The notes: generated by a model from the letters alone, not told the origin. 64,000 nucleotides of DNA from an uncultured Myxococcales bacterium (GCA_964540815.1 CAZIOH010000031.1:211-64210); one strand, 5' to 3'. Positions 16,656 to 27,157 are shown, numbered from the stretch's first letter. Made by a program: numbers and translations.

Positions 16656-18284
16656 TCACATCGCCGAGTGGGGAAGCAGGTCCAATCTGGAGACAGCCCC
16701 GTCGACCGGTGCCCCGCCCGAAAGCCCACCCGACCCACCTGGTAGGTCGACCACATCCGGCTTGATCGTGAGGTCCGCGAAGGCGGTGGTCTTGCTTCCC
16801 GCGGTGGCGACCAAGCGATCGGAGAGATCCCCGAGAAGCTGGTTGAGATCCGCGCGCCTGGCCGCCACCCGATTCAACCCTTTGGCCATTCGCGATATCT
16901 GCCGCGACGATTCAGGTGACGCGGATTCCTGGCGCGCGGCGACCCGGTACTCGGCGTGCGCGCAGGCGTCCGTCCTCAGTGCCTCGAGCAGGTCCGCAAT
17001 CTGGCCCTGGGTTTCGGCATCCAGCGCCGCCCGCTCGAAGGAGGCCACGCCCTCCGCCTTTCCGAACCAAACCCGCCCGGGCACCCCGAACGGGCCGGCC
17101 ATGCCCCCGTCGGGGGGAGAGTCCTCGATCACGAAGGTCGGCTCCGAAGTGAAGGGGAAAGTCTTGGGAAAGACCGCGAAGAGAACCGAACCGTCGGACA
17201 ATCCGCGCGCCAGCCCGACGAGCCCACCAAACGGGAAGAACATCTCTCGTCCGGCCCCGAGCTCGGCCCACAATCGCGCCCGATCCCTTGGGGTCAGCGC
17301 CAGAGGCTCGTCGGCATGGTCGTGAGGCGTTCGCTTGAAGGTGGACATCATGTCCCGCACCTGGTCTATCCCAACGACCACGTTCAGAGCGCTCCCCTCG
17401 GTATAGCCGGCATGATAGATGCCGACGAGCTCGTACTCGCCCGTCGTGGGAGAGACCGCGAGGACCGGAGATCCCGAGTTCCCCGAGGACAGCAGGGCAT
17501 CGACCACAAAGTCGTCGTGGTCCCAGTCGCCGAAGTCGTCGTGGTCGAGCGCGGAAATCACCTTGCCGACGTTGGTCGCACGGAAGGCCCCGAGGGGAAA
17601 TCCGCGCACCTCGACCACGTCGCGCTCTCGAAGCTCGGCGCTGTGCCCGATCCTCCAGGGCATCACGTGCAGCTCCACCTGGGTCTTCACGATGGCCACG
17701 TCGAGCTGAGGATCGGTCACGACCCTCGTGAGTGGCACGTCGTCGCGGTCGTAGGCGTCACGCTCATCGTCGACCAGGGACAGCGATTCCGACATACGCT
17801 TGCAACCCGAGGGGACCCCACTGACGACGTGCTGAGGATCCGTCACCGGGGGCCAGGAGGCCACGTGGTCATTGGTGAGGAGAAAGGTCTCCGCGCCCTG
17901 GCGCCGGTACGCGAAGGCGGTCCCGTGCAGCACGGCTTTCCGACGCTCCTTCCGTACGGCCCCTTCCGGGCCGTAGGATAGGCATTCGTAGACCGCCGTA
18001 TTGCGCGCGCAATACGAAAAGACACCCTCGGGACGATGATCGAACTCACGTGCCTCGGCCGACAGAGCCGAGAAGTCGTCGGCATATCCCAATGGGCCAC
18101 GAGGCGCGGACTCGGCGGGCGTGGCGAGGCGGTGGGCTGGCCCCAGAGATCCTCCATTGGAGTTCGACGATCCGGGAGCGCGTGAGGCTGCTCCCTGTCC
18201 GAGGATCTCCGCTGTGGCGCCGCTCTCGGCAACGTACGAGAGGAGGAGCGTGAGCCCGAGGGCGAGCAGCCAAGGGCGCTTCAT
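16656..18284 (-). CDS. secreted trypsin-like (S1/HtrA-like) serine peptidase domain protein
   Basis: The signal peptide is MKRPWLLALGLTLLL. The catalytic-serine motif GNSGSPV is present, with His/Asp contexts (DHV, DVAIVK) upstream. Confidence 0.7.
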   Translation of the reverse strand: MKRPWLLALGLTLLLSYVAESGATAEILGQGAASRAPGSSNSNGGSLGPAHRLATPAESAPRGPLGYADDFSALSAEAREFDHRPEGVFSYCARNTAVYECLSYGPEGAVRKERRKAVLHGTAFAYRRQGAETFLLTNDHVASWPPVTDPQHVVSGVPSGCKRMSESLSLVDDERDAYDRDDVPLTRVVTDPQLDVAIVKTQVELHVMPWRIGHSAELRERDVVEVRGFPLGAFRATNVGKVISALDHDDFGDWDHDDFVVDALLSSGNSGSPVLAVSPTTGEYELVGIYHAGYTEGSALNVVVGIDQVRDMMSTFKRTPHDHADEPLALTPRDRARLWAELGAGREMFFPFGGLVGLARGLSDGSVLFAVFPKTFPFTSEPTFVIEDSPPDGGMAGPFGVPGRVWFGKAEGVASFERAALDAETQGQIADLLEALRTDACAHAEYRVAARQESASPESSRQISRMAKGLNRVAARRADLNQLLGDLSDRLVATAGSKTTAFADLTIKPDVVDLPGGSGGLSGGAPVDGAVSRLDLLPHSAM

Positions 18285-18998
18285 GAGGTTGCATCTCGAC
18301 CAGGCGGCGAATCGAAATCCGGAGGAATGTCGCACGCCCCGGGGTCGTGCAACGGACGTACCAGTGGCAAATGCGCGTGCCCGGCTCCAAAGGCGTCAAC
18401 TTTCCTGACGCAGCCACGTCGAACCGTGGCCTTTCCTGCCGCCTGTTCACGACGAGGCCGACGATAGGTCTCAGGTGGGACTCGTTGGAGCACTTCCAAT
18501 CTCTCAGGGGTTCGCCGCCGGAGCGATCTCCCCGGATGTGTCGGCAGGCGGAAGGCTTCGATCAACCGACTCTGATCCGTCGCTGGAAGCCGGCCGCTCG
18601 TCCAGGGGTGGGTTCGACCCGAGCGGTGTGAGCTTCGAGCGATGCTCGGCGACGTTGTAGAGTCGATATCGGCTGTTCCTTGTGATCATGCTGGAGACTC
18701 CCAGTCGATGTGGCCAAGCTCCGGACTCCGCCGGGGCGTGTGAGGTTGACGTCGACCCGCAGGAAGCAACTCCTGGACCCAATCGGGAGGCCGGGCCTCG
18801 CCCCTCCAGAGTGGCGCAGGTCGAGAAGGTTCGCGACGCTGCGTCAGTGCCTCTCTCCGCGCGTCGTCATGTTTCTTGACGGCGTTCAGTCCGATCGTTT
18901 GCTTTTCACCCGGCGACTCGGGTGCGGGCTGTTGCCGGGGCACGCTTCCGCGACCGTTCGCATGGGAAGAGAGGCCTCCGAAATGCATGGTCGTCTCG

Positions 18999-19670
18999 GA
19001 AATGTCCAGACACGCGATTGGCTCGATGTACAGTCTTGCGACGATCACAGCGATGGGGATCGTCCAGCTCGGCGCCTCGGGCGCTCGACCATGGCAGGTC
19101 GCTTCTGCTGCAGCAGCCGAACCGGCTGGCCCCGTGGGTATCGTCTTGCTCGCTCGCAGGGCATCCGCGCTGGACGTCACTGGAACGGTCGGGGATGCCG
19201 AGGTCGACTCCGCCGGCGTGGACATCGCCGCTGCTCGGAGGATCGGCACCATCTCGGAGCGCCCGGCACCGGAGATCCCAGAGCCGCCGTTGCATCCGAA
19301 GGGGACGCTCGACCCCCAGCTTCTGAAACGGGACATTGTTCGCAACTTCCGCGACATCGAGCTTTGTCGGTTCAAGGTCGCAGAGGCCTCGGGCCTTCCA
19401 GCGAGAGCGCTCAGCGCCGGGGAGATCTCCTTGCATTTCACGGTCCTCCCCTCCGGGCAGGCGCGAGATACCCTGGTCTTCGAGACCACCCAGACCGATC
19501 TGACACTCATGAAGTGCGTACGACGGCGTATGAACGCCTGGAGATTCACGCAACCCCGCGGGGGACCGGTCTCCCTCGCCTACGAGTACACCTTTCCCAA
19601 CCTCGGGTCGGTCGCAGGCGCGCGTGTGACCACGACGACCTCCGCAGGTACGCCCGTCAGCCGTCGATGA
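18999..19670 (+). CDS. secreted protein with AgmX/PglI-type (TonB-C-like) C-terminal domain
   Basis: The signal is MSRHAIGSMYSLATITAMGIV...AAAA. The C-terminal ...CRFKV...GEISLHFTVLPSGQARDTLVFET...LMKCVRRRMNAWRFTQPRGGPVSLAYEYTF resembles the AgmX/PglI/TonB-C fold. The start is inside track ORF 18876..19670. Confidence 0.5.
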   Translation, partial: EMSRHAIGSMYSLATITAMGIVQLGASGARPWQVASAAAAEPAGPVGIVLLARRASALDVTGTVGDAEVDSAGVDIAAARRIGTISERPAPEIPEPPLHPKGTLDPQLLKRDIVRNFRDIELCRFKVAEASGLPARALSAGEISLHFTVLPSGQARDTLVFETTQTDLTLMKCVRRRMNAWRFTQPRGGPVSLAYEYTFPNLGSVAGARVTTTTSAGTPVSRR

Positions 19671-19914
19671 GATCTCTGCCCGTCGAGCAGCGAACGGACG
19701 CCGTATGAGGGCGATTACGCGTCGAGGGAGCAGCGACCGACGTGGGTCTGCTCTGTTGAAAAACCTGACACCGCTCCCTCGATGCGCTCGAATCTCTTCC
19801 AGTCGGAGTCGCACTGCCCGCGGAGTTTCGACGGTACAGCAGTTGCAAAACGGCAATGTGTGCGGGTTCTCGAAGCGCGATTTCATCCCCGAAGACTCGA
19901 CGGTCCGGAGTCGG

Positions 19915-20159
19915 TCATGGTCGGGCTCGTCGTCTGGGAGCGCGACGAAGCCGAACGTCCAACCGTGCGTGCGGCTCCTTCGCCGATACCGATGCAACCC
20001 GACGTCCCCCAGGTTGCCCTGGTCAAGCTCCAGTACCTCGTGGACGGCGCTGCGCCCAACGTCTTCGAGCAGCTCCTGGGGCTGCGCAGCCGCTACTGGT
20101 CTTTTCTCGACGTGTCTCAGCGATTCATGGAGAAAGGAGATCGTGATGACGGGTCGTGA
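19915..20159 (+). CDS. small hypothetical protein (81 aa), overlaps the start of the pal-like gene
   Basis: The frame has high GC3 (about 75%) over the track ORF 19782..20159. An ATG sits at 19915. There is no recognisable domain. The 14-bp overlap with the next gene makes it doubtful. Confidence 0.3.
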
Positions 20160-20724
20160 TGCGAGAATTCCCCTTCTGGTGCTCTGTACCCTGGCTGGCA
20201 GCGCGTGCGCCCATTCGGGTCGAGGCGATCTGGTCGCCCGCGCACCATCGCCTGGATCGGCTTGGAGGGACGGTCCAGGACCCACGGCGGTCGCCGACCA
20301 AGCTCTGGCCCGCCCGGCCTCCACCGCGACGCTCTCGGACAACCGCGGCGACGACGCGATCTATTTCGACTTCGATTCGGCCACCCTCCGAGACGACTCC
20401 AAACCTGTCCTGCTCGACGTGGCCTCTAAGCTCAGGGGCCACCCCGGCTCGGCGGTCCGGGTTGAAGGGAACTGCGACCAACTGGGAACGGTGGAGTACA
20501 ACCTGGCGCTGGGAGAAGAACGCTCGACTGCCGCCCGCGATTACCTCATCCGCCTGGGGGTGCCGATGCGGTCCATCGCCACCATCAGCTACGGCTCCCA
20601 GCGTCCGAGGTTTCCTGGCCTCGACGAGGTCGACCGGCAGAAGAATCGACGCGACGACCTCGTGCTCCTGCACGGTCCGGGGGCCCCCCGCGAATTTCTC
20701 CACCGACCACAGGCTGACCGATGA
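20146..20724 (+). CDS. OmpA-family peptidoglycan-associated lipoprotein (Pal-like)
   Basis: The RBS GAAAGGAGATCGTG precedes the ATG at 20146. The signal is LLVLCTLAGSAC. The OmpA C-domain run IYFDFDSATLRDDSKPVLLDVASKL...GNCDQLGTVEYNLALGEERSTAARDYL is present. Confidence 0.8.
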   Translation: MTGRDARIPLLVLCTLAGSACAHSGRGDLVARAPSPGSAWRDGPGPTAVADQALARPASTATLSDNRGDDAIYFDFDSATLRDDSKPVLLDVASKLRGHPGSAVRVEGNCDQLGTVEYNLALGEERSTAARDYLIRLGVPMRSIATISYGSQRPRFPGLDEVDRQKNRRDDLVLLHGPGAPREFLHRPQADR

Positions 20725-20743
20725 CCAAATGACAAAGGAATCC

Positions 20744-21106
20744 ATGATGCATCTGAAAAGAGGAGTCTTTCTTGGTGCCGCGCTCACGGCCACCCTCGCC
20801 CTCGGAGCCTGCGATTCGTTCAAGGCCGATCTGGATCGGACTCGCGGCGAGCTTGCGGCCTCCAATACCGAACGGGATGGACTGAGGTCCGAGCTCGAAG
20901 CCGAAAAGACCAAGGTTACGAATCTCGACCGGCAAGTGACCGCGCTCAACGCCAAGCTGGCGGCCGCCCAGAGCGCCGGCGCGAACAAGCCAGCGACCGC
21001 CAGCCAGGGCTCCACTCCGGCGGCAACCAAGAAGGAAGAGAGGCCAGCAAAGCATGCCGCCAAGAGCGTCGGGAAGGGCGCGCACGCGCCTGCGCAAAAG
21101 GGGTGA
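20744..21106 (+). CDS. small coiled-coil lipoprotein (120 aa)
   Basis: The RBS AAAGGAATCC precedes the ATG at 20744. The lipobox is LALGAC. A coiled-coil stretch (LRSELEAEKTKVTNLDRQVTALNAKLAAAQ) and an Ala/Lys-rich tail follow. Confidence 0.6.
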   Translation: MMHLKRGVFLGAALTATLALGACDSFKADLDRTRGELAASNTERDGLRSELEAEKTKVTNLDRQVTALNAKLAAAQSAGANKPATASQGSTPAATKKEERPAKHAAKSVGKGAHAPAQKG

Positions 21107-21212
21107 GGCGCGGCGCGCCGGTGGGGGCCTCCACCGGCGCTGTCGACCCGATCGTTCCTTCGCCGGCACAACTTGCGCTCCGGCCCCCGACCACGCATCG
21201 TCTGCCATCTCG

Positions 21213-23147
21213 ATGGGCCACTCTGACTTCCCGGATGACGATGTGCTTACGCCCGACGTCCCAGGGAGGCCGAAGGTCGTCCGCCGCTCGGTTCCCTTCG
21301 GTGCGTTGATCGGGGCGCTGTCACCACCGCTCGATCTGCGGATCCTGGGCAGGACCCTGCTGCACACGGCCGCCGTGGGGCTGGCGGCTGGGCTGATGGG
21401 CGCCGCATTCTTCGCCGCGCTCGAGTACGCGCAGGGCTTCTTCCTCGAGCATCTGGCGGGTTACACCCCGTTGCGTGCCCACGGTGAGAAGATCTTCGGA
21501 GAAGGCGGGGTGGTCGCCCTCCACCCGGTGGTGGTTCTGCTTCTCCCGATGTGTGGCGCACTCCTGGCCGGCGTGGTTTGCCAGCTCGCCCCCGAGACCA
21601 GGGGCGGCGGCGGGGATGCCACCATTCATGCCTTCCACCATCAAGGCGGAGCGGTCCGGCGGCGCGTGATCTGGGTCAAGGCACTGGCGTCGATCCTCAC
21701 GCTCGGCAGCGGCGGTTCAGGCGGCCGGGAGGGGCCGACCATGCAAATGGGTGGCGCCCTCGGGTCCGCCATCGGCCTCAGCTTCCGCGTGAGCGCGCGC
21801 GAGCGCCGAATCCTGATGATCGCCGGGGTCGCCGCGGGTATGGCAGCGGTCTTCCGGACCCCGCTCGGCGCCGCGCTCCTGGCCGTCGAGGTCCTGTATC
21901 GGGACGATTTCGAGGCAGAGGCGCTGGTTCCCGCCATTCTTGCGAGTGTGATCGCTTACTCGGTGGTCATCTTCATCTTTGGAGAATCGACCCTTTTCGC
22001 TCGGGCGCCCCGCTACGCCTTCGTGCCGAGGCACCTCCCGCTCTATGCCTTGCTGGCCGTGGCCATCGCCGCCGCCGCATCGACCTTCTTGCGGGCACTG
22101 CGCGCAGTCCAGCGCGTGTCGGTCCGCCTGCCCCTTCCGAGCTGGGCCCGCCCCGGAGCCGGGGGCCTGGCGCTCGGGATATTTGCGGTGCCCCTCATCT
22201 ATCTCGTCGGAGGCCACTTTGGGACCCCGGGACGGGCGCTCGGGATCCTGGGCGGAGGCTACGGAGCCGCCCAGGTCGCCATCACAGGCGCTGAATGGCT
22301 TCCCGGAGGCTGGCGGGGCGTCGAGTTCCTGCTCTTCCTGGGCGCGGCAAAGATGGTCTCGACCTCTCTGACCGTGGGAACCGGTGGAAGCGCCGGAGAT
22401 TTCGGGCCGTCGCTCGTTCTCGGTGGACTCTTCGGCGGCGCGTTCGGTCGGGCCGCGGCTCTCCTTCTGCACGATCCCAGCATCGACCCGGGGGCCTTCG
22501 CCCTGGTGGGGATGGGGACGTTCTACGGCGGCATCGCGCACGTCCCGGTGAGCTCGCTCATCATGGTGAGCGAGCTCGCCGGCAGCTACGACCTGCTCGT
22601 GCCCTTGATGCTGGCCGAGGGAATCGCCTTCGTGGCCCTTCGTAAGCGCTTCCTCTACGAGGCGCAAGTCCCGACCTACGGCGACTCTCCCGTCCATCGC
22701 GCCTCGAGCTCTGTCGAGGCGCTCGGGCGGCTTCGGGTTGCCGAGATCCTGGAGACCCGAGGCCCGATTCGCACGTTGGGCCCCGCCGCAGCAGCCGAGG
22801 AGATGCATCGCGCAGTGACGGAATCCACCTGGCAGATCACCTTTCCCGTCGTCGATGCGGGCGAGATCGTCATTGGAGTCGTCAGCGGGGCCTCCATCGG
22901 AACAATTGCGCTGCTCGACGGTGGGCGAGCCCCGATCGTGGCCTCCGATCTCATGCAGCCGCTGATTCGCTTGCGCGAGCGGGACGATCTCCGAACCGCG
23001 GCCGAGCACGTCCTCGAGAGTGGCTTGCACCAGCTTCCGGTGATCGGCCCGGAAGGCAAGCTGGTGGGGCTCCTCGACGAGTCCGCGATCACGCGCGCCT
23101 ACCTCAGCCCGCTCGCACCGGGGGAGGGGTCGAGCTCTCCGGTCTGA
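21213..23147 (+). CDS. ClC family voltage-gated chloride channel/transporter with C-terminal CBS domain pair
   Basis: The ClC motifs GSGGSGGREGP and GTFYGGIAHVP are present. Two CBS-like modules sit at the C-terminus. The ATG at 21213 follows the upstream stop. Confidence 0.85.
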   Translation: MGHSDFPDDDVLTPDVPGRPKVVRRSVPFGALIGALSPPLDLRILGRTLLHTAAVGLAAGLMGAAFFAALEYAQGFFLEHLAGYTPLRAHGEKIFGEGGVVALHPVVVLLLPMCGALLAGVVCQLAPETRGGGGDATIHAFHHQGGAVRRRVIWVKALASILTLGSGGSGGREGPTMQMGGALGSAIGLSFRVSARERRILMIAGVAAGMAAVFRTPLGAALLAVEVLYRDDFEAEALVPAILASVIAYSVVIFIFGESTLFARAPRYAFVPRHLPLYALLAVAIAAAASTFLRALRAVQRVSVRLPLPSWARPGAGGLALGIFAVPLIYLVGGHFGTPGRALGILGGGYGAAQVAITGAEWLPGGWRGVEFLLFLGAAKMVSTSLTVGTGGSAGDFGPSLVLGGLFGGAFGRAAALLLHDPSIDPGAFALVGMGTFYGGIAHVPVSSLIMVSELAGSYDLLVPLMLAEGIAFVALRKRFLYEAQVPTYGDSPVHRASSSVEALGRLRVAEILETRGPIRTLGPAAAAEEMHRAVTESTWQITFPVVDAGEIVIGVVSGASIGTIALLDGGRAPIVASDLMQPLIRLRERDDLRTAAEHVLESGLHQLPVIGPEGKLVGLLDESAITRAYLSPLAPGEGSSSPV

Positions 23148-23318
23148 GAAGGGGGGCGGCGCGCCGAGCAGAGCTGGATCTGACGCCCCAACGGGCTCGA
23201 CCGTAAAAGTCCTCACCGGGGGGAGGCTCCTGTCGAACAGATTTTTCACAGCAGCATCTGACGAATGCCCGCCATCTCGCGCCCTCGGGCGGTCCTAGGC
23301 TTGCATCGTCCGATCTCG

Positions 23319-24011
23319 ATGGACCCCCACCATCACCAAATATTCAAGACGAGCTTAGTTGTTTTCCTCCTCCTATCGTGGCTGGATCCGCCTGGTGCGG
23401 CCGCGTCATCCGGGGGGTCGCACGTACTTCGGGCGAATATCCGGGTAGACCGAGATGCGCCCGCCGAAACCGATCCGTTGACCGCGCTCAGGGACGCCGA
23501 CCTCGAGTTGATCCGCATGGTCGGGCGGCAAGTGCCGGACTGGTCTCCCGAGGCCGAGGCGGTTCGATCCCGAGTCCGTGCCCTCCTCGGTCGGTTGCTC
23601 GACTACGAGCAGATCGCGCGCAATGCCCTCGGGTCTGACTGGGAGAAGTTGACGCCTGCGCAGGAAGCTGAATTTCTCGTGCTCTTCTCCCGGCTGACCA
23701 ACCGCGCCTTCGTGACTGCCCTGACCGCCCCCGAGGTCCACCAGCGGTTCGACTCGGAGACCATGTTCGGCCCAACGGCCAGCGTGAGCGTGACGGCCTG
23801 GGGACCGGGTTCCGCGTCCCCCGAGCGACGGCTCGAATATCGGCTCGCCCGAAAACAGAACCGCTGGCTCGTCTACGACGTGATCCTCGACGGGGTCAGT
23901 CTGGCCGAAGGGTACCGCGACCAGTTCAATCGATTGATGCGCAGAGGCGGGGTCACCGAGATCCTCGATTGCATGCATCGCAAGCTGGAGGAGACGGCGG
24001 ACGCTCTCTGA
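23319..24011 (+). CDS. MlaC/Ttg2D-family (toluene-tolerance, phospholipid-binding) periplasmic protein
   Basis: DYEQIARNALGSDWEKLTPAQEAEFLVLFSRLTNRAF...WLVYDVILDGVSLAEGYRDQF fits the MlaC fold family. A signal peptide is present (LVVFLLLSWL). Confidence 0.7.
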   Translation: MDPHHHQIFKTSLVVFLLLSWLDPPGAAASSGGSHVLRANIRVDRDAPAETDPLTALRDADLELIRMVGRQVPDWSPEAEAVRSRVRALLGRLLDYEQIARNALGSDWEKLTPAQEAEFLVLFSRLTNRAFVTALTAPEVHQRFDSETMFGPTASVSVTAWGPGSASPERRLEYRLARKQNRWLVYDVILDGVSLAEGYRDQFNRLMRRGGVTEILDCMHRKLEETADAL

Positions 24012-24154
24012 TCTGGTGCCGCAGAGGGCTCGGGGCATCGGTGGCCGACGCGGCCGTAACCACCTGACCGCCCTCCCCTTCCGTCGCTCCCGGACCGACC
24101 TCCGCTGGTCCACGCAAGATCCCTACCCATGGCCAGCAGATCCCGGCGGATGCG

Positions 24155-24985
24155 GTGTCCTCCCCACGAGCGGGGTGGTGGCGACGCTACCGGCGCTATG
24201 CCATGTCCGTGGCCGCCGTCGTGCTCGCCACGGCGATTCAGAATCTGGCATGGCCCTTCCTCCCGCCATCTCCACATCTGCTCTTCTATCCGGCGATCCT
24301 GGTCGTTGCCCGCCTCGGAGGCCGGGGGCCTCCGGTGATCTCCCACGATCTGCGCAACCCGCTTGCATCCATCGCGCTCAGCGCGGCAGCTGCTGAGCGA
24401 AGTCTCCCGGCTGGAGCGGACGGAGCGCGGGGCAACTGCGAGCGAATCCAGCGGGTCGCTCGCCGAATGGAGGGCTCCTGCAGGGTCTGCTGGACGAGGC
24501 CGCCTTCGATGCGGGCGCGTTTCGAATCGTCCGCTCCGAGGCCGATCTGGGGCCCTTGGTCGACGAGGGTCCTGACCTTGTTTCAACCCCTGGCCGACCA
24601 AGGTTCAATCCTGCTCCGCGGTCGTCGTGAAGCCCTCCCCAGAGTCTCCCTGGATCGCGAGCGCATCGCCCGCGTCCTCGAGAACCTGGTGGGAAATGCC
24701 GTGAAGTTCGTCCCACGCGGGAGGGAGATCTCGGTCTCGGCCCAGGCGGCCGACGGGAAAATCGTCTTCGAGGTTCATGACTCGGGCTCCGGCATCGCTC
24801 CGGAGCAGCTTCCCTTCATATTCGATCGCCACTGGCGAGGAGACAGCAAGGGCGGCGCGGGGCTGGGCCTCTACATCGCCAGGCGAATCGTCGAGGCGCA
24901 TGGAGGCCAGATCTGGGCGAGCAGCCACGCCGGAACGACCTTCGGCTTTTCGGTCCCGGTCCCCGGCCCATCGGGTCTCGGGTAG
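24155..24985 (+). pseudogene. degraded sensor histidine kinase (DUF4118-like N-terminus, HisKA, HATPase_c) with at least two frameshifts and an internal deletion
   Basis: The H-box ISHDLRNPLASI follows the membrane segment directly, with no sensor or linker between them. Between about 24470 and 24560 the kinase-like translation LLQGLLDEAAFDAGAFRIVRSEADLGPLVDE is in another frame. The original frame resumes at FQPLADQGSILL...VLENLVGNAVKF...GLGLYIARRIVEAHGG. Confidence 0.55.
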
Positions 24986-25362
24986 GGCGCGGGGCCGTAT
25001 AGACTTTGCCCATCAACAGCGCAGCCTCCCCGACCGTTCCGTTTGTCCTGCGGATCCCCTTACCCTTGATCTTGTTCGGCGCCGTTCTGATTGGGGTCGT
25101 GATCCTGCACAAGCGAACGCTCGAGGTCGCGCTCGTGGGGCTCGCATTGATTCTGGCCACGCGGATCGGATTGTCCCAGCTCGATCTCGGCGCCACCTGG
25201 CTCACGAGTGGGCGAAGCTCGTCAACCTTTTCGGCTTGCTCGTCGGCTTCGCCTCGCGGATCACTTCGAGGCCTCGCAGCTCCCGAGGCGTCGAGGGCGA
25301 GGTCAAACCACCGGGTGGACGCCCCCGTTCCGGTACCGTTGGGGCCGGGAGGTCACGATGCA

Positions 25363-27075
25363 CTATTCCGGGGCCGCCGTCGGCTCTGCGCAAGGGTCGG
25401 TCTTCACCTGGACGGCCCAGAGATCCCCCGGAACCCAGTGGACGCGGTCCTGGGGGGCATGAGCCAGCTCCGCCAGTGCCGCAGCTCGAATGGGCTCCAG
25501 AGCGGTGTCCTCTCGGGCCCGTCGTTTGCCCTTCGGCGCCGAGGGGCGTGGCGGCGGCAGCGTGACGCAGGCGTTGAGTCCCTGGTCTCCGCGCACCCAC
25601 TCCAACGCGGAGGCGAGGGCAGGCAGCCATCCGGCTCCAGCGCTGACGCTCGCTCTGACGGGTTGCGGAGGGATCGCGACGTCGCGGATCCGCAGCGGTG
25701 TGTGAACCCGCTCGGAGAGAGCCCAGGCCAGCACACTCTCCGCCGCAGGGCCGAGCGGCGGACCGACGTGGGCGACCTCGAGGGTCGGGTGCGCCTCATC
25801 GGTCAGATCCACACGCCAGCGCCTGATCGAACCTGCGACAGTCTCCGGCCACGACAGCCGCAACGCATCCCCAAGCTCGACCGTGACCTTCGAGAGATCC
25901 GCCTTCGGCATCGGCGCTGGGCTCTCCGATTTCGCGAGCTTCCGTGCGACACTCTCCATGGTGTCGAGGTCGGGGACCGCCGTGACCTCGACGGTGGGCG
26001 CGGCCGCCGACACCTGGGAAATCCTCGTCGTCAGCGCGGCCTGGAGGGCCCGGGCGGCGCTCGGCTCGGCCACGACCACCATGTGCACGTGAACTGCCCC
26101 GCGTTGCACCGACACCAACGATCGGAGCGCCGTCTGCGCCAGGGGGAGCGCCTGGATGATTCGCCGGATCCCGGCGCGCGTACGGACCTCCCACGTGACC
26201 TCATGCAGGGCCTTCGAAAGTGGCATCCACACCACGGCGACCAGCGCCAACGGGAGGAGCACGCGCAACCAGCTTCCGTACCGTGAGCCAAATGCTCGTT
26301 GTGCCCAGCGCACGGATCGGCTCGTGGATTCGGACGCCTCGAGTCGCCTGACTTCGAGGAGTCGCACGTCGATCAGGTTGAACCCGAACAGCCAGAAGGT
26401 CAGGACCGAGAACAGAAGGATTCCACACAGGTTGGCGGTGAAGAGCAGGAACGCCCCCTGCGCGATCGAGCGATCGGCCGTTCCGAGGCCGAAACCCACC
26501 GCGCACAGCGGAGGGACGAGGGCGATGGCGACCGCGGTGCCCGCGGCCGTCGACGCGCTCGCGGACGACGTGTGCAGCGTCGTGAAGGCCGCCGCCAGGG
26601 CGCAGAAGATCGCCACGAGGAGGTCGAGTGCCGTCGGCGAGGCGCGCGCGGCGATCTCGGCCGTGATCTCCTGAAACGGCAAGGCCCGCGTGATCAGCGC
26701 CGCGCCCACGATGACGACCGCCACGCTCCAGAGCGCTCGAACGAGGGAGCGGCTCGAAAGCAGCGGCGACCCCACCGCAAATCCCATGCCGAGCTCGACG
26801 ATCGGACCCATGAGCGGCGACACCAGCATGGCACCAATGACCACCGCCGCGGCGTTCAGAACGAGCCCCAGCGTCGCCAAGCCCATCGCGACAAAGAGCT
26901 GAAGCCAGTAGGTCGGACCACTGCGCGCATGTCCCGCCAGCATTCTCTCGACGACCGCGACGCGGGCCTCCGTCGAGACGCCGAAGGACAACGCCAGCCA
27001 CGTCCGCGCGGCGCCGAGCAATCGCTTGTGCGGCAGCCAGGCACGAATTTTCACCACGGTCGTCCGGAGACTCAT
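25363..27075 (-). CDS. DUF389-family integral membrane protein
   Basis: The hallmark MLVSPLMGPIVELG is present. Multiple TM helices and a C-terminal soluble extension follow. Confidence 0.75.
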   Translation of the reverse strand: MSLRTTVVKIRAWLPHKRLLGAARTWLALSFGVSTEARVAVVERMLAGHARSGPTYWLQLFVAMGLATLGLVLNAAAVVIGAMLVSPLMGPIVELGMGFAVGSPLLSSRSLVRALWSVAVVIVGAALITRALPFQEITAEIAARASPTALDLLVAIFCALAAAFTTLHTSSASASTAAGTAVAIALVPPLCAVGFGLGTADRSIAQGAFLLFTANLCGILLFSVLTFWLFGFNLIDVRLLEVRRLEASESTSRSVRWAQRAFGSRYGSWLRVLLPLALVAVVWMPLSKALHEVTWEVRTRAGIRRIIQALPLAQTALRSLVSVQRGAVHVHMVVVAEPSAARALQAALTTRISQVSAAAPTVEVTAVPDLDTMESVARKLAKSESPAPMPKADLSKVTVELGDALRLSWPETVAGSIRRWRVDLTDEAHPTLEVAHVGPPLGPAAESVLAWALSERVHTPLRIRDVAIPPQPVRASVSAGAGWLPALASALEWVRGDQGLNACVTLPPPRPSAPKGKRRAREDTALEPIRAAALAELAHAPQDRVHWVPGDLWAVQVKTDPCAEPTAAPE

Positions 27076-27157
27076 CGCTCACATCGGCGCGTCATAGGTC
27101 GTCGCTCAGCTCCCCGCAGATGCGGTGTCCTTTGGGCTGGCGGGCTCAGCTTCAGAT

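Noticed and set aside
18686-19549. 287-aa minus-strand ORF and 478-aa ORF 18906..20342
   Set aside because: They compete with the plus-strand AgmX/PglI-domain gene and the pal-like gene. The minus products lack a signal peptide or domains and look like compositional noise.
25006-26286. 426-aa plus-strand ORF
   Set aside because: It is antisense to the DUF389 membrane protein gene, which carries the LVSPLMGPI motif on the minus strand.
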